IMG/VR virus record: IMGVR_UViG_3300048591_000147
Location: 1 to 64,000 of that record
Direction: 5' to 3' (one strand)
Length of the DNA: 64,000 nucleotides
Made by a program: the position numbers and the translations under genes
Notes under the pieces: generated by a model
The model's database searches: none
What the model was told of the DNA's origin: nothing
Seen by the model: only the letters and a program-made list of their open reading frames with translations
Shown here: one piece after another, positions 1 to 9,777 of the stretch
How positions within the stretch are numbered: position 1 is the stretch's first letter
Layout: each line of letters starts with the position of its first letter

Positions 1-130
1 TTACTCCAACAGTTACTCCAACAGTTACTCCAACAGTTACTCCAACAGTTACTCCAACAGTTACTCCAACAGTTACTCCAACAGTTACTCCAACAGTTAC
101 TCCAACAGTTACTCCAACAGTTACTCCAAC
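1..130 (+). repeat. Perfect 12-nt tandem repeat (GTTACTCCAACA, about 10.8 copies) encoding VTPT
   Basis: Read directly from the sequence; in frame with ORF 168..773 and truncated by the window edge. Confidence 0.95.
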
Positions 131-773
131 TATATCGATTACGCCTACAATTACGCCTACAGAGACTGTGACACCTACAGTAACTCCAACCACTTCGTCT
201 ACGTCCAATGACATTATATTTGATATTGTCCAAACGGTTGGATTAGATTTAAGCAACGCAAACAGAACCGCAACAGTGTCAAATCCGGCATGGTGGGAAT
301 GTCTTTCATATTGTAATAAATTAGTGGATGCGACTGATAGTAATTATATTGAAATAGAATGCACAGTGGTGGATGCAGCGGCGGGTCATATCATGGTGGG
401 CATTGGCAGTGATTACACGTTGGCGTTTCCACACAACTCACCAAATTCATATATGTATTACGCGCATGGGTCTATATGGAATGGGGGTAGTTCATCGTCA
501 TATGGTAGTTCATGGTTATCCGTGGGAACTCACAACATAGGCATATTACTGAAAAATGGTAAATTGTATTTTAGGGTGGATGGGGTTTGGCAAAATAGTG
601 CTGATGTAGACTCTGAAACCGGGTTCGCATTCTCTGGTTTGACTGGTTCGTTTAACGTATTGTTTAGCGTATCTGGAGACACAGATCCAAATGCATATGG
701 TACATTGAATAATACGTCAGGTCTTCTGGTTTATTCATTACCTACTGGCGCTTCCGTCTGGGGGCAGCTATAA
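3..773 (+). CDS. 5'-partial Pro/Thr-repeat virion protein with C-terminal SPRY/ConA-like beta-sandwich
   Basis: Frame open from nt 3 through VTPT repeats into ORF 168..773; C-terminal pattern YIEIEC..IMVGIG..YMYYAHG..YG..IGILL..GKLYFRVDG resembles SPRY domains. Confidence 0.65.
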   Translation, partial: TPTVTPTVTPTVTPTVTPTVTPTVTPTVTPTVTPTVTPTVTPTISITPTITPTETVTPTVTPTTSSTSNDIIFDIVQTVGLDLSNANRTATVSNPAWWECLSYCNKLVDATDSNYIEIECTVVDAAAGHIMVGIGSDYTLAFPHNSPNSYMYYAHGSIWNGGSSSSYGSSWLSVGTHNIGILLKNGKLYFRVDGVWQNSADVDSETGFAFSGLTGSFNVLFSVSGDTDPNAYGTLNNTSGLLVYSLPTGASVWGQL

Positions 774-833
774 ACTATCTTCTCATATGTTATGGCATAA
801 ATAGTATGAATAATATTTTTATAGGATTAAAAA

Positions 834-1370
834 ATGGCTGACAGTAAAATCTCTGATTTACCATTAAGGGATGCATTAACAGGCGCGGAACAGTTCCCGC
901 TCGATCAGGGCTTAGTGACTGTGAAAGCATCGTTGGATGATGTTAAACAGTATTGTAATACTATACTAACTTTAACTGATGGTACTTGGTCTGGGATATT
1001 CTCAGAATATGGAATTCTAGGCGAAGCAGTGGCATTCGGTGAATTAATTTATCTAAGTGCTGCTGATAGTAAATGGTATAAAGCTGATGCAACAACAGCC
1101 GCTACATCTGGTGATGTAAAAGTTGGTGTATGTGTTGTAGGTGGGGTTTTGGATGCGGTTACAACGATATTATATATTGGTAGTATACGCGCAGACGCAC
1201 TGTTCCCAACATTTACCATTTCTGGCCCAGTAATGATATCAGAAACTCCGGGTGAAATGACACAAACCGCGCCAGTCACGAGCAATTCTGTGACAAGACG
1301 AATAGGATTCGCTAGCACCGCTAATGAAGTCCTGATAAATATCAGTAACGATTATTACACGCACATATAA
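834..1370 (+). CDS. Putative virion structural/decoration protein
   Basis: MADSKISDLP start typical of phage fibre proteins; C-terminus (TAPVT..RRIGF..EVLINI) similar to C-terminus of 14905..15858. Confidence 0.5.
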   Translation: MADSKISDLPLRDALTGAEQFPLDQGLVTVKASLDDVKQYCNTILTLTDGTWSGIFSEYGILGEAVAFGELIYLSAADSKWYKADATTAATSGDVKVGVCVVGGVLDAVTTILYIGSIRADALFPTFTISGPVMISETPGEMTQTAPVTSNSVTRRIGFASTANEVLINISNDYYTHI

Positions 1371-1387
1371 CAGGATATAAATTAATA

Positions 1388-2299
1388 ATGACTACACAAA
1401 CGTGGACGACTGCGCTAAATCATGCCAACACCGCTGGTTGGAGAGCAACACATTCTGAATTATCAACACATTTAACAACAGTGGGCGCGCCTAAGTCTGC
1501 CGATACTGGTCAAGTTGATTGGACAACGAATAACATACCAACAACGGCTGGTACACCTAGATATGAAATACGATATCTAAATGATTCATTGCACGCCACT
1601 TCTCCGATTTACTTTAAATTAGAGTGGGATAATGAAACCGCAGGCGGAACAATTCCATATATGTTCCTAACTGTTGGCACTGGGAGTGACGGTGCTGGCA
1701 CTTTAACTGGTGATGTGACTGCTAGAGTTGCAATATCTATTGGTGAATTATTATCATCAAACGTAACTGCAAGGGCTTCATATCTATGTGGAATTTCAGG
1801 TTATTTGGGTTTATCTTATAAAAGATACGCACAACATAACGGTGGCAGCGCCCCAATGGGATTTTCATTTTTTGCTATAAGCAGATTTAGGGATGCTTCG
1901 GGTACGCCTATTGATGGTGGATTTTATGTTTATTATTCATCTGGCGCAAATCATAATGTGTATAGGTATACTGTGAACACAACACTTAACACGGTTTCAG
2001 ACGATGGAAATGCTATTTGTTTCTTCCCCGGCGCAGTTGGAGCGCCCACTTTGGTGGGTGGTGAGGCACAGGTAATGCGCCATTTCGGCATGCAGCCTAC
2101 TGTTACATGTGTACCAGACTTTTTGAGTTACCTAAGTACAGAAATCGGAACTACAAGCACTTTTACGGCTACTCCAGTCGGCGTAACACCAATAACATAT
2201 TTGGCACTTGGTCCTGATGGTAGTGGTAATATAGCAGCACCCGGAATAGCATCTGTGCATGCAAGCCCTTATCACATGCTAGCCATGCGGTGGGAGTAA
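1388..2299 (+). CDS. Putative tail/fibre-associated protein, paralog of 11950..12843
   Basis: Shared motifs KSADTGQ.DW, YEIRYLNDSLH.T.PIY.K.E, TVGTGS.G.GT.TG. Confidence 0.6.
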   Translation: MTTQTWTTALNHANTAGWRATHSELSTHLTTVGAPKSADTGQVDWTTNNIPTTAGTPRYEIRYLNDSLHATSPIYFKLEWDNETAGGTIPYMFLTVGTGSDGAGTLTGDVTARVAISIGELLSSNVTARASYLCGISGYLGLSYKRYAQHNGGSAPMGFSFFAISRFRDASGTPIDGGFYVYYSSGANHNVYRYTVNTTLNTVSDDGNAICFFPGAVGAPTLVGGEAQVMRHFGMQPTVTCVPDFLSYLSTEIGTTSTFTATPVGVTPITYLALGPDGSGNIAAPGIASVHASPYHMLAMRWE

Positions 2300-2300
2300 A

Positions 2301-2648
2301 ATGCCTCATTATAATGCCACACCTGATATATTAGTTGGAGAAGGCGTTCCACTAGTCACGATTAATATCGTGCCAATTTATCAGTTCCCCCTATTTAATA
2401 CTGTGCCTCCCGGTGACAAAAGGATTGCTGCTGATAATCCGGCACGAGTAATTCTGGGTAGTGCTCCAGTGTCTAGAATAATAGACATATTCGATAAAGA
2501 AACTAATGTACATGTAGCTCGCACCACATCATCCGCTATTGACGGTACTTATAGCTTTGGCCAATTACCTAACAGAGAATATTTTGTTATATGTAGAGGG
2601 ATTAATGGAGAAAATGATACAATACACACAAGAGTGGCCCCAGTATGA
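2301..2648 (+). CDS. Small beta-sandwich fibre accessory protein, paralog of 11587..11946
   Basis: Shared G.AP.SR..D.FD.E....VA.T.S..DGTY.F..L motif. Confidence 0.55.
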   Translation: MPHYNATPDILVGEGVPLVTINIVPIYQFPLFNTVPPGDKRIAADNPARVILGSAPVSRIIDIFDKETNVHVARTTSSAIDGTYSFGQLPNREYFVICRGINGENDTIHTRVAPV

Positions 2649-2884
2649 GTTATACGCCACCATCCGGTGATAGTGTCGGTTTTTTAGTATATCCTGACAT
2701 AGTATTACCAGAAATAAAGAAACAGATAAATGCACAAACTATAGTGGACGGTGAACCGCCCCCACCATATGGTGCTTACGATGCACCATTAGGCGATTCT
2801 GTCGGATTTGTAATAGATCCAGCACCAGTGGTCATAACCATTAGAAAGATAAATGGAATTGATATAGACCAGTTAATAGCATAA
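2645..2884 (+). CDS. Hypothetical protein with YTPPSGDSVG motif
   Basis: Motif occurs twice here and twice at the C-terminus of 12884..13894. Confidence 0.5.
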   Translation: MSYTPPSGDSVGFLVYPDIVLPEIKKQINAQTIVDGEPPPPYGAYDAPLGDSVGFVIDPAPVVITIRKINGIDIDQLIA

Positions 2885-2909
2885 ATATATTACTAATGCA
2901 GGAATTGAT

Positions 2910-3179
2910 ATGAAACTAATTGATCTGATACAAGAACATAAAGACGAGAATAAAGACATAAGCAAGGCGCCACCACCAGATTCGGAGTGGATAACAACTG
3001 CGCAAGCCGCGAAGATGTTAGGTGTTACCATGTCTAGAATCAGACAAATGATAATGGATGGTCAGATTTCTTCAAAATCACCGATAAAGGGTAGACGAGA
3101 TAATCTAGTTTCTAGAAAAACCATAACAGCATTATCAAAGAAAGAAAGAAAACCAACCGGACGTCCAGAAGGCACCTAA
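2910..3179 (+). CDS. Helix-turn-helix DNA-binding protein (excisionase/HTH_17-like)
   Basis: WITTAQAAKMLGVTMSRIRQMIMDG pattern. Confidence 0.7.
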   Translation: MKLIDLIQEHKDENKDISKAPPPDSEWITTAQAAKMLGVTMSRIRQMIMDGQISSKSPIKGRRDNLVSRKTITALSKKERKPTGRPEGT

Positions 3180-3401
3180 ATGATTAAAATACGTAGTGAT
3201 TTTGGAAATTTAAGTATTGACGAAGACACAATTGCATATTACAGTGTGTATGCTGATTTATCTGCCAAGAAATATACAATAACCTTTTATTTTAAGGAGA
3301 CTGGCAGTTCTATCAACACCACATTATCAACAGTAGATGAACTGGTAAAGATAATAAAAGCTATAGATTTTCAATCAACATTTAAAAGGAAAACATTATG
3401 A
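3180..3401 (+). CDS. Hypothetical protein
   Basis: ORF abutting its neighbours. Confidence 0.5.
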   Translation: MIKIRSDFGNLSIDEDTIAYYSVYADLSAKKYTITFYFKETGSSINTTLSTVDELVKIIKAIDFQSTFKRKTL

Positions 3402-3625
3402 TAGTTGAGGTATATTCAAAAGATGGTTGCTCATATTGTGTCAGAGCAAAGCAGTTGTTAACCAATAAGAAAATTTCGTACAAAGAATACAAGTTGGGTG
3501 AGGATGGTATTGACAGAGCCTTCATACAGGAGAAAGTTGGAAAGCCTATAAGTACGGTGCCACAGATTTTCATTGACGGTAACCACATTGGCGGTTACAC
3601 TGAATTAGAAAAATATCTAAGATAA
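3398..3625 (+). CDS. Glutaredoxin
   Basis: VYSKDGCSYC active site, TVPQIFIDGNHIGGY motif, 75 aa. Confidence 0.95.
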   Translation: MIVEVYSKDGCSYCVRAKQLLTNKKISYKEYKLGEDGIDRAFIQEKVGKPISTVPQIFIDGNHIGGYTELEKYLR

Positions 3626-3633
3626 ATACTGAT

Positions 3634-3677
3634 AAAACCCTCGTAATGGATAAATAATTATAAATTACGAGGGTTTT
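3634..3677 (+). promoter_or_regulatory. 14-bp inverted repeat enclosing an ATAAATA box and masking the RBS of ORF 3681 (may also terminate transcription)
   Basis: AAAACCCTCGTAAT / ATTACGAGGGTTTT. Confidence 0.6.
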
Positions 3678-3680
3678 TGT

Positions 3681-3992
3681 ATGTTCGATATGACAATTTT
3701 ATTACTAATCATCTTTGCGGTCCTATCTTTTGTGGTGTATCACACCATTAAGACTAAGCTCACGTACAAGCCTTCTGAAGTCATTATTGGTAAACAGGTA
3801 TACATCCATCCTGAAACACGCTTGTGCGTCGATGTAGTGGACTTTGATGGCACTTCAGTGTACTTCCGCCTTAGCATCGAATCAGAAATCGCACCAATTA
3901 GTGTCTTACCCAAAAAAGAATTCCTATTACACTATAGTAAAGTGTTAAGACCGTCTACGATAAAATCAGACTACTCTGAAATAGACGATTAA
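3681..3992 (+). CDS. Hypothetical membrane-anchored protein
   Basis: N-terminal hydrophobic helix. Confidence 0.5.
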   Translation: MFDMTILLLIIFAVLSFVVYHTIKTKLTYKPSEVIIGKQVYIHPETRLCVDVVDFDGTSVYFRLSIESEIAPISVLPKKEFLLHYSKVLRPSTIKSDYSEIDD

Positions 3993-5258
3993 TCACTCAA
4001 AATTTGTGAGCACAAATTTCTTTGATTTAACATCTATGTATCGGTAATAGGGCTCGGTAAGAAACCAATACCAACGTGCTGGCATTTTAGGGTTTACCGC
4101 GTTTCCATACCCGTCAGTAACAATAAATACTGCGCCGGGATATTTCTTGAACTCTTTTAATACGCTAGTCTCTATGATGGAGAAACTTGTACCATATCCA
4201 GAAGGAAGTCTTGCGTCTTTCAAATCAATTTCTTCAACGTATGTAGAGAATCCAAAGAATCGCACATTGAATCTGTCCAATGGCACTGATTTTGCCGCGT
4301 TAAAAAACCGCTGTGTATAGTTTCTACAAGATGGTGAAGTGTCTATGTAGAATGCCACATCTATCTTTTCTGGTTTGATCTTAATAAATTCGTCATCAGT
4401 GGGCAATATAAGCGACTTGTCCAAAGTGGTGAACCGCCTATTAAGCTTCACCCATTGTTGATTCTGATGTTCTGTTTCTTTTAGTTTATTATTGACCCAT
4501 CGGTGTATAATAGTTTCCCATTTCTTCTTCTTTCTGATTTTCTTGTTCTGTAAGTACTGTGATATTTTACCAGAACAATCACCAGCATTTAATCCAGTCT
4601 CTTCACTTACGTCTTTTTGAATCTTGTTAAGAAGCTCAAGCTCTTGCACGGACATATTGTCCAGAATATCGTCTACTAGTTTGTCTGATGCGTCTGTTTG
4701 CTCCCATTGTGCATGATCATCCGCTAGACTTGGAAGTGCCTGATCCGTACTTGTCGAACCATCGGATGACTGACCATCTAGTTTATTGTTGAGCATTTCA
4801 AAATAATATTCAAAATTGTGGTTTGGTTGTAAATCGGGATCGTTTGGAAATACATTTTTTAACCAACATAATTCAGTGTTGGGATCTATTTCTTGCCTCA
4901 CAAAGTTATAGTATTTTACTAGGGATTCATTAATAGTTAGATCCATAGCGATGTTGGCAACGTGCATGGTACTCTTACTCATGCCGTTATTCACCATATA
5001 AATATATCGTGTAATATGGTTAAGCATGACATGCAGACATTCATGTGCGATATAAAATGTTTTTTGGTTTAAATCCAGAGTGTTCCAAAACTTCTCGTTC
5101 AATAATAATTTGAAATTGTTGTTCAACGGGTCGAAGCTGATAGCACAACGCTCAATCTCTTCGGTAAAGTATGGTTGACCCAGATTGAAAAACGTATGGT
5201 ACATATTGCCATACAACTGTAAATTATTTAAGATGTCTTGCTTTTCGTTGTTATCCAT
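3993..5258 (-). CDS. Metallopeptidase-like (HExxH) plus vWA domain protein (DUF2201-like)
   Basis: AHECLHVMLNH, N.A.D..IN motif, C-terminal DTSPS MIDAS-like, GYGTSF, VTDG. Confidence 0.85.
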   Translation of the reverse strand: MDNNEKQDILNNLQLYGNMYHTFFNLGQPYFTEEIERCAISFDPLNNNFKLLLNEKFWNTLDLNQKTFYIAHECLHVMLNHITRYIYMVNNGMSKSTMHVANIAMDLTINESLVKYYNFVRQEIDPNTELCWLKNVFPNDPDLQPNHNFEYYFEMLNNKLDGQSSDGSTSTDQALPSLADDHAQWEQTDASDKLVDDILDNMSVQELELLNKIQKDVSEETGLNAGDCSGKISQYLQNKKIRKKKKWETIIHRWVNNKLKETEHQNQQWVKLNRRFTTLDKSLILPTDDEFIKIKPEKIDVAFYIDTSPSCRNYTQRFFNAAKSVPLDRFNVRFFGFSTYVEEIDLKDARLPSGYGTSFSIIETSVLKEFKKYPGAVFIVTDGYGNAVNPKMPARWYWFLTEPYYRYIDVKSKKFVLTNFE

Positions 5259-5320
5259 TTATAACCTTGATTTTTAGAGATTTCTACACATACATATGAA
5301 GACGATGGAATATTTATTGA

Positions 5321-6328
5321 ATGAATAAAAACATAATGAACCAATTGGAGTTTGCGGTCAAGAACAATTATAACGTTCTGCTGATTGGTGATGCTGGAGT
5401 TGGTAAAACAGCAGTCATAAAACAAGTGTTCGAATCGATGAACTTCAGTTATATGTATTTCTCAGCAGCGACCATGGACCCTTGGGTGGATTTCGTTGGA
5501 GTTCCAAAGGAAGTAGAAGATGCTGATGGTAATAAGTATCTGGACCTAATCAGACCTAAACAGTTTGCATTTGATACGGTAGATGCCATCTTCATGGACG
5601 AGTATAATAGGGCAGCGCCAAAGGTAAGAAATTCTACCATGGAGTTGATACAGTTCAAGAGTATCAATGGAAAGAAATATAATAGGCTCAAAATGGTGTG
5701 GGCTGCTATAAATCCATACTCAGAAGATGATAACAAGTATAATGTTGAGGAACTAGACCCAGCACAATTGGATCGATTTGATTTTCATATTGAGATACCG
5801 TACAAAATCAATATGGAATATTTTACATTGAAGTATCCGACAATCGCTAGACCTAGCGCGGAGTGGTGGAACGCTCTACCAGCAGAACAAAAGAAAATAG
5901 TCTCACCAAGACGATTGGATAAAGCATTACAAACATTTACTGAAGGTGGGGACTTATCGTGGGTGATTCCTAAAGGCGTCAATGTATCGCAATTAGCTAT
6001 TAGCCTAAAGTACGGCTGTTACCAAGACAGACTGAAGGAAGTGTTTGAAAGTAAGAATGAGGCTGATATTAAAAAATTGGTCAATGATAAGAATACTCTA
6101 AGTGACTTTGTCAAACATATCGTAAAGAACAAAGATTATTGTAATTTCTTCCTACCGTTTGTGTCAGACGAGCGACTGTCGTCCTTATTGGAACATGAAC
6201 AGATAATAGATTATTTGATGCAGCCAGAAGTTGTCATCATGCGAAAAAATTTGATCCGTAGCATTGTAAACACTAAATCGGTTAAATCAAATATATTGGA
6301 TAAGTTTACTAGTCTGCTGGCACGCTAA
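5321..6328 (+). CDS. MoxR/dynein-related AAA+ ATPase
   Basis: Walker A GDAGVGKT, Walker B MDEYNRA, AAINP, LDPAQLDRF. Confidence 0.9.
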   Translation: MNKNIMNQLEFAVKNNYNVLLIGDAGVGKTAVIKQVFESMNFSYMYFSAATMDPWVDFVGVPKEVEDADGNKYLDLIRPKQFAFDTVDAIFMDEYNRAAPKVRNSTMELIQFKSINGKKYNRLKMVWAAINPYSEDDNKYNVEELDPAQLDRFDFHIEIPYKINMEYFTLKYPTIARPSAEWWNALPAEQKKIVSPRRLDKALQTFTEGGDLSWVIPKGVNVSQLAISLKYGCYQDRLKEVFESKNEADIKKLVNDKNTLSDFVKHIVKNKDYCNFFLPFVSDERLSSLLEHEQIIDYLMQPEVVIMRKNLIRSIVNTKSVKSNILDKFTSLLAR

Positions 6329-6922
6329 TTATTTTGTTATCAATTTGGCTGGTGTGCCAACGTAAGTGCCAGATTCGGTGATGTGCTTTACGACACCAGA
6401 GTTCAAACCAATAGTAACATCATCACAAATGTTTATTTTCTCTTTAACGCAGGCGTTAGTTCCAAAATATACCCGATTACCAATGTTACAGTTTCCAGAT
6501 ATTTTTGCGCCGGGTGCAGTTGTGAAGAAGTCTCCGATTCGACAGTCATGTCCTATGGTGGTCTGTAGGTTTAGATGACAGTGGTCCCCAATTACTATAT
6601 TGGTGGTTAGAATCGATCCAGCACATATTACAGAACCTTTTCCAACCTTGATAAACTCATCCAACACAATAGCTGAAGAATGTACGAAAGAAAAGAACTT
6701 TGTGGCATCTGGTAACGAATTCAATATCTTTTGGCGGTGATGTGGACTACCCACAGCTATCAACACTTCGTATTCATTAATATCTAGTGTACTCAGAGCG
6801 GCGGACGTTTCATCGGCGTATTCATCATTGACGAAGAATTTTATTTCTGCATCTATGTCACTTAATATGTGGTGATAAACTTCTCTCCCAAATCCACCAG
6901 ACCCTATAATAGCTTTCTTCAT
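6329..6922 (-). CDS. Sugar N/O-acetyltransferase, NeuD/PglD family
   Basis: N-terminal IIGSGGFGREV, hexapeptide repeats, IGHDC catalytic His, YVGTPAK. Confidence 0.92.
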   Translation of the reverse strand: MKKAIIGSGGFGREVYHHILSDIDAEIKFFVNDEYADETSAALSTLDINEYEVLIAVGSPHHRQKILNSLPDATKFFSFVHSSAIVLDEFIKVGKGSVICAGSILTTNIVIGDHCHLNLQTTIGHDCRIGDFFTTAPGAKISGNCNIGNRVYFGTNACVKEKINICDDVTIGLNSGVVKHITESGTYVGTPAKLITK

Positions 6923-6931
6923 ATCGTTTCC

Positions 6932-7816
6932 TTATAATGGTGCGTATTGGCTGTAACTTCTAACGAATGCGTCTGAGTAGGGACACACAGCCGATCCCAT
7001 ATCAATTTGTGTAATATTCTTATACTCGTGATAAAAATCATCTATTAGCTTCTTCGCCACATATGAACAAGCGTATATCAAGACCGTGTTTTCGTTTCTA
7101 TCAAATTTATCTAATAGGTTTTTTATTTCGTCTTGGACTCTATCGCTTTCTTTCCAAACGTCATTATTGTTCAGCGTTTGTACATGAGAAAATGAAAAAT
7201 ATTTACGCATATTTATACAGTAATCTGGCCCAATCACGATCACATTACGTTTCTTGAATTGGTCAAAATACTTCTGCATTTCACCAGTTATACTAAGCCG
7301 CACGAATAGGAATCCATCACAGAGCTTCATCCCATTTAAATGTGGGTATATCTGCTCACTCATATAAGGTTTTTTGTATACTTGTGAAGATATACCAATA
7401 AAATATGGGGGGACTTTCTTTATGATAGGCATAAGATAATCGTCAACATATTTCTGTCCAGATTCGCCCCAGACCCAGTTATTACAATTGTACTCAGTTG
7501 GGGGGCGTGTTATTACACTGTTACCAGTATACGCTATTCGTAGCATAGGAATCCACTCACCGTCATTATATCTGGCAACCGAGAATGGCTTATGGTCTTG
7601 TAATTGGTTTAAAAAATGTGTGTTGATATTTGCTTGTAACACATTTACATTATAATTCTCCGTTAGTGGGAACTGTAATTTTTTAAATGAGAAAATCATA
7701 TCTTGGCAATAAAACTTTGGAGCCAGCGTATAAAGTCTTTGTAGACCTTGTGCCATTTTATTTTTGAATTGTTTGGAGTCTTCTATTGTTATTGATTTAT
7801 ACTGTTCATCTATCAT
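6932..7816 (-). CDS. Putative GT-D-fold (DUF1792-like) glycosyltransferase
   Basis: FSVARYNDGEW resembles the GT-D S..RFGDGE motif; C-terminal AKKL..D..IDMGS; paralogous to the C-terminal half of 7813..9777. Confidence 0.6.
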   Translation of the reverse strand: MIDEQYKSITIEDSKQFKNKMAQGLQRLYTLAPKFYCQDMIFSFKKLQFPLTENYNVNVLQANINTHFLNQLQDHKPFSVARYNDGEWIPMLRIAYTGNSVITRPPTEYNCNNWVWGESGQKYVDDYLMPIIKKVPPYFIGISSQVYKKPYMSEQIYPHLNGMKLCDGFLFVRLSITGEMQKYFDQFKKRNVIVIGPDYCINMRKYFSFSHVQTLNNNDVWKESDRVQDEIKNLLDKFDRNENTVLIYACSYVAKKLIDDFYHEYKNITQIDMGSAVCPYSDAFVRSYSQYAPL

Positions 7817-9777
7817 AGTGGGGTAAATTTATGCCAAGGTCTTATATTTATGCCACAATATGCGCATAGTGCGGCACCTATATCGATCTGGGTGATCATT
7901 TTATACTCATGGTATAAAGCGTCGATCATTGTTTTGGCAACATACGAGCAGCAGTATAATACCACAGGACTGTCTATTTTATTTACATTGTTCTTAAGTT
8001 CATTATAGATTCTATCATGCTCATCCCATACGTTGTTGTTGGTAACAATATGAGTGAATTTAAAATATTTTGTCATCTTGCTCAGGTATTGAGGTCCAAC
8101 TATTATTATATTTCTTTTCTTGAATTGATCGAAATACTTAATCAGTTCACCATTGATACTTAACTTAGCCCACAACCCACCATCAACCAATTGTAAGTCC
8201 TTCAGATATGGCGTTATGAAACTCATCATATAAGGTTTTTGTAATACTTGGGACGCTATACCAATATAATATTTTGGCTTGCTCTTTATCACTGGTAACA
8301 TCCGCTCTTCGGCATATTTTTGCCCGGATTCATTTAATGTCCAATCTTTAAAATTGTATGGTGGGTGATTGGGTGGAACGCTGCTTGAAATGCCGGAATA
8401 TGATATTTTTAACATTGGTGACCACTCACCGTCATTATATCTGGCAAATGAAAATGGTATATTATTCTCTAAGTTATTGAGAAATAATTGATTAACATCA
8501 TTCTCCAGTGTTGTTATATTTGATGGTGTTATTAAAGGAAATTTGACCGTGCAATCATTGATAGTATACACACTATCTTCCGTGAAGAACTCAGGACATA
8601 CCAAGCGATATGCTTGTAAACCATCCTTTATCTGTTTCTTAATTTGATATGCTTTAGGATCTGCTCTTGATTCTAGATAATCAAATATTTTTTGTTGCTG
8701 CACGCCATAATCGAAACGCATAAATGAATGCGATTGAATGTTGGTAGACATTTGATGTAGCAGTTTACGATCAGCTTCTAACTTTTTAATTATATTGCAT
8801 GCTCTATCGACCTCATTATTCTTTATGATGAACATCATATCAGTAGTGTATTTGAACTGATTGTTACTGTTATGGATATCAGTTGTGATTAGCACTACAC
8901 CCTGCAATGCTGCTTCTATACCAAGAGGCCAGCCGTTGAATGCATCACCAGTCTCGGCGTTTATTAGAATGTCAACATGCTTATTATAGAATTCATCGAG
9001 TTCTACTTGTGCCTTCGGACTATAATTTGTTATATTGGCATCTGGGATACAATTACCAATGGATATAAATCTCACATTTAATGATGGAAAGGTCTTTTTA
9101 AATGTCGAGGCTATTTGACGATAACTATCACTTCCCTTACTGGCATTGTGCCCCATGTTAGAGAAGCAAACCGTCAGAGTCGATCTATTTAACTTTTTTT
9201 GTTGTGGCTTTTCATCTTTGTTTAAACATGTACTACCATAGCATGAGATATAGTTAGTGAAGCCATAATTACTCAACCATTTATCAGTCTTTTCTTGTGT
9301 GGAGATTATGTTGGCTTTTTTGTTTATTTTCAATATGTCTTCTTTGCCACCTAGCCCACCACCGGGATACAGATGAATGAACTGTTTTTCGTGCGGTACT
9401 TTAGTATATTCTTTGTTAAATTTTATGTAGTTTGACAAGAAAATGTGATATATTGTCTTATATGAATCTACGTTGAATTCGGTGCCAGTGGTGAAGAGAT
9501 AACTGAATGAACTTAGCCCATTGAATTTAGTACCATCTACCATTGTATTATACTTGTTCAAATGATTATATTGTGGATCAAATATTAGAATGTTGAAACT
9601 AGACAAATTGAAATACTTGGACATCTGTTCATAATCAACGTCATATGATATGTTGGCATAGGACTGTATCTTATTGACTAATATATCACAGTTACCACGA
9701 TCTATGAATGCTTTAGTCTCAGCAATGCGCCACTTTGCGTATTTTGATGGAAACAAAATATCTACTAATAGGTTCAT
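7813..9777 (-). CDS. Two-domain glycosyltransferase (GT-B/GT4-like N-terminus plus GT-D-like C-terminus)
   Basis: SKG.D, DILIN, GWPLGIEAALQGVVLITTD GT4-like signature; FSFARYNDGEW in C-terminal domain. Confidence 0.75.
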   Translation of the reverse strand: MNLLVDILFPSKYAKWRIAETKAFIDRGNCDILVNKIQSYANISYDVDYEQMSKYFNLSSFNILIFDPQYNHLNKYNTMVDGTKFNGLSSFSYLFTTGTEFNVDSYKTIYHIFLSNYIKFNKEYTKVPHEKQFIHLYPGGGLGGKEDILKINKKANIISTQEKTDKWLSNYGFTNYISCYGSTCLNKDEKPQQKKLNRSTLTVCFSNMGHNASKGSDSYRQIASTFKKTFPSLNVRFISIGNCIPDANITNYSPKAQVELDEFYNKHVDILINAETGDAFNGWPLGIEAALQGVVLITTDIHNSNNQFKYTTDMMFIIKNNEVDRACNIIKKLEADRKLLHQMSTNIQSHSFMRFDYGVQQQKIFDYLESRADPKAYQIKKQIKDGLQAYRLVCPEFFTEDSVYTINDCTVKFPLITPSNITTLENDVNQLFLNNLENNIPFSFARYNDGEWSPMLKISYSGISSSVPPNHPPYNFKDWTLNESGQKYAEERMLPVIKSKPKYYIGIASQVLQKPYMMSFITPYLKDLQLVDGGLWAKLSINGELIKYFDQFKKRNIIIVGPQYLSKMTKYFKFTHIVTNNNVWDEHDRIYNELKNNVNKIDSPVVLYCCSYVAKTMIDALYHEYKMITQIDIGAALCAYCGINIRPWHKFTPL

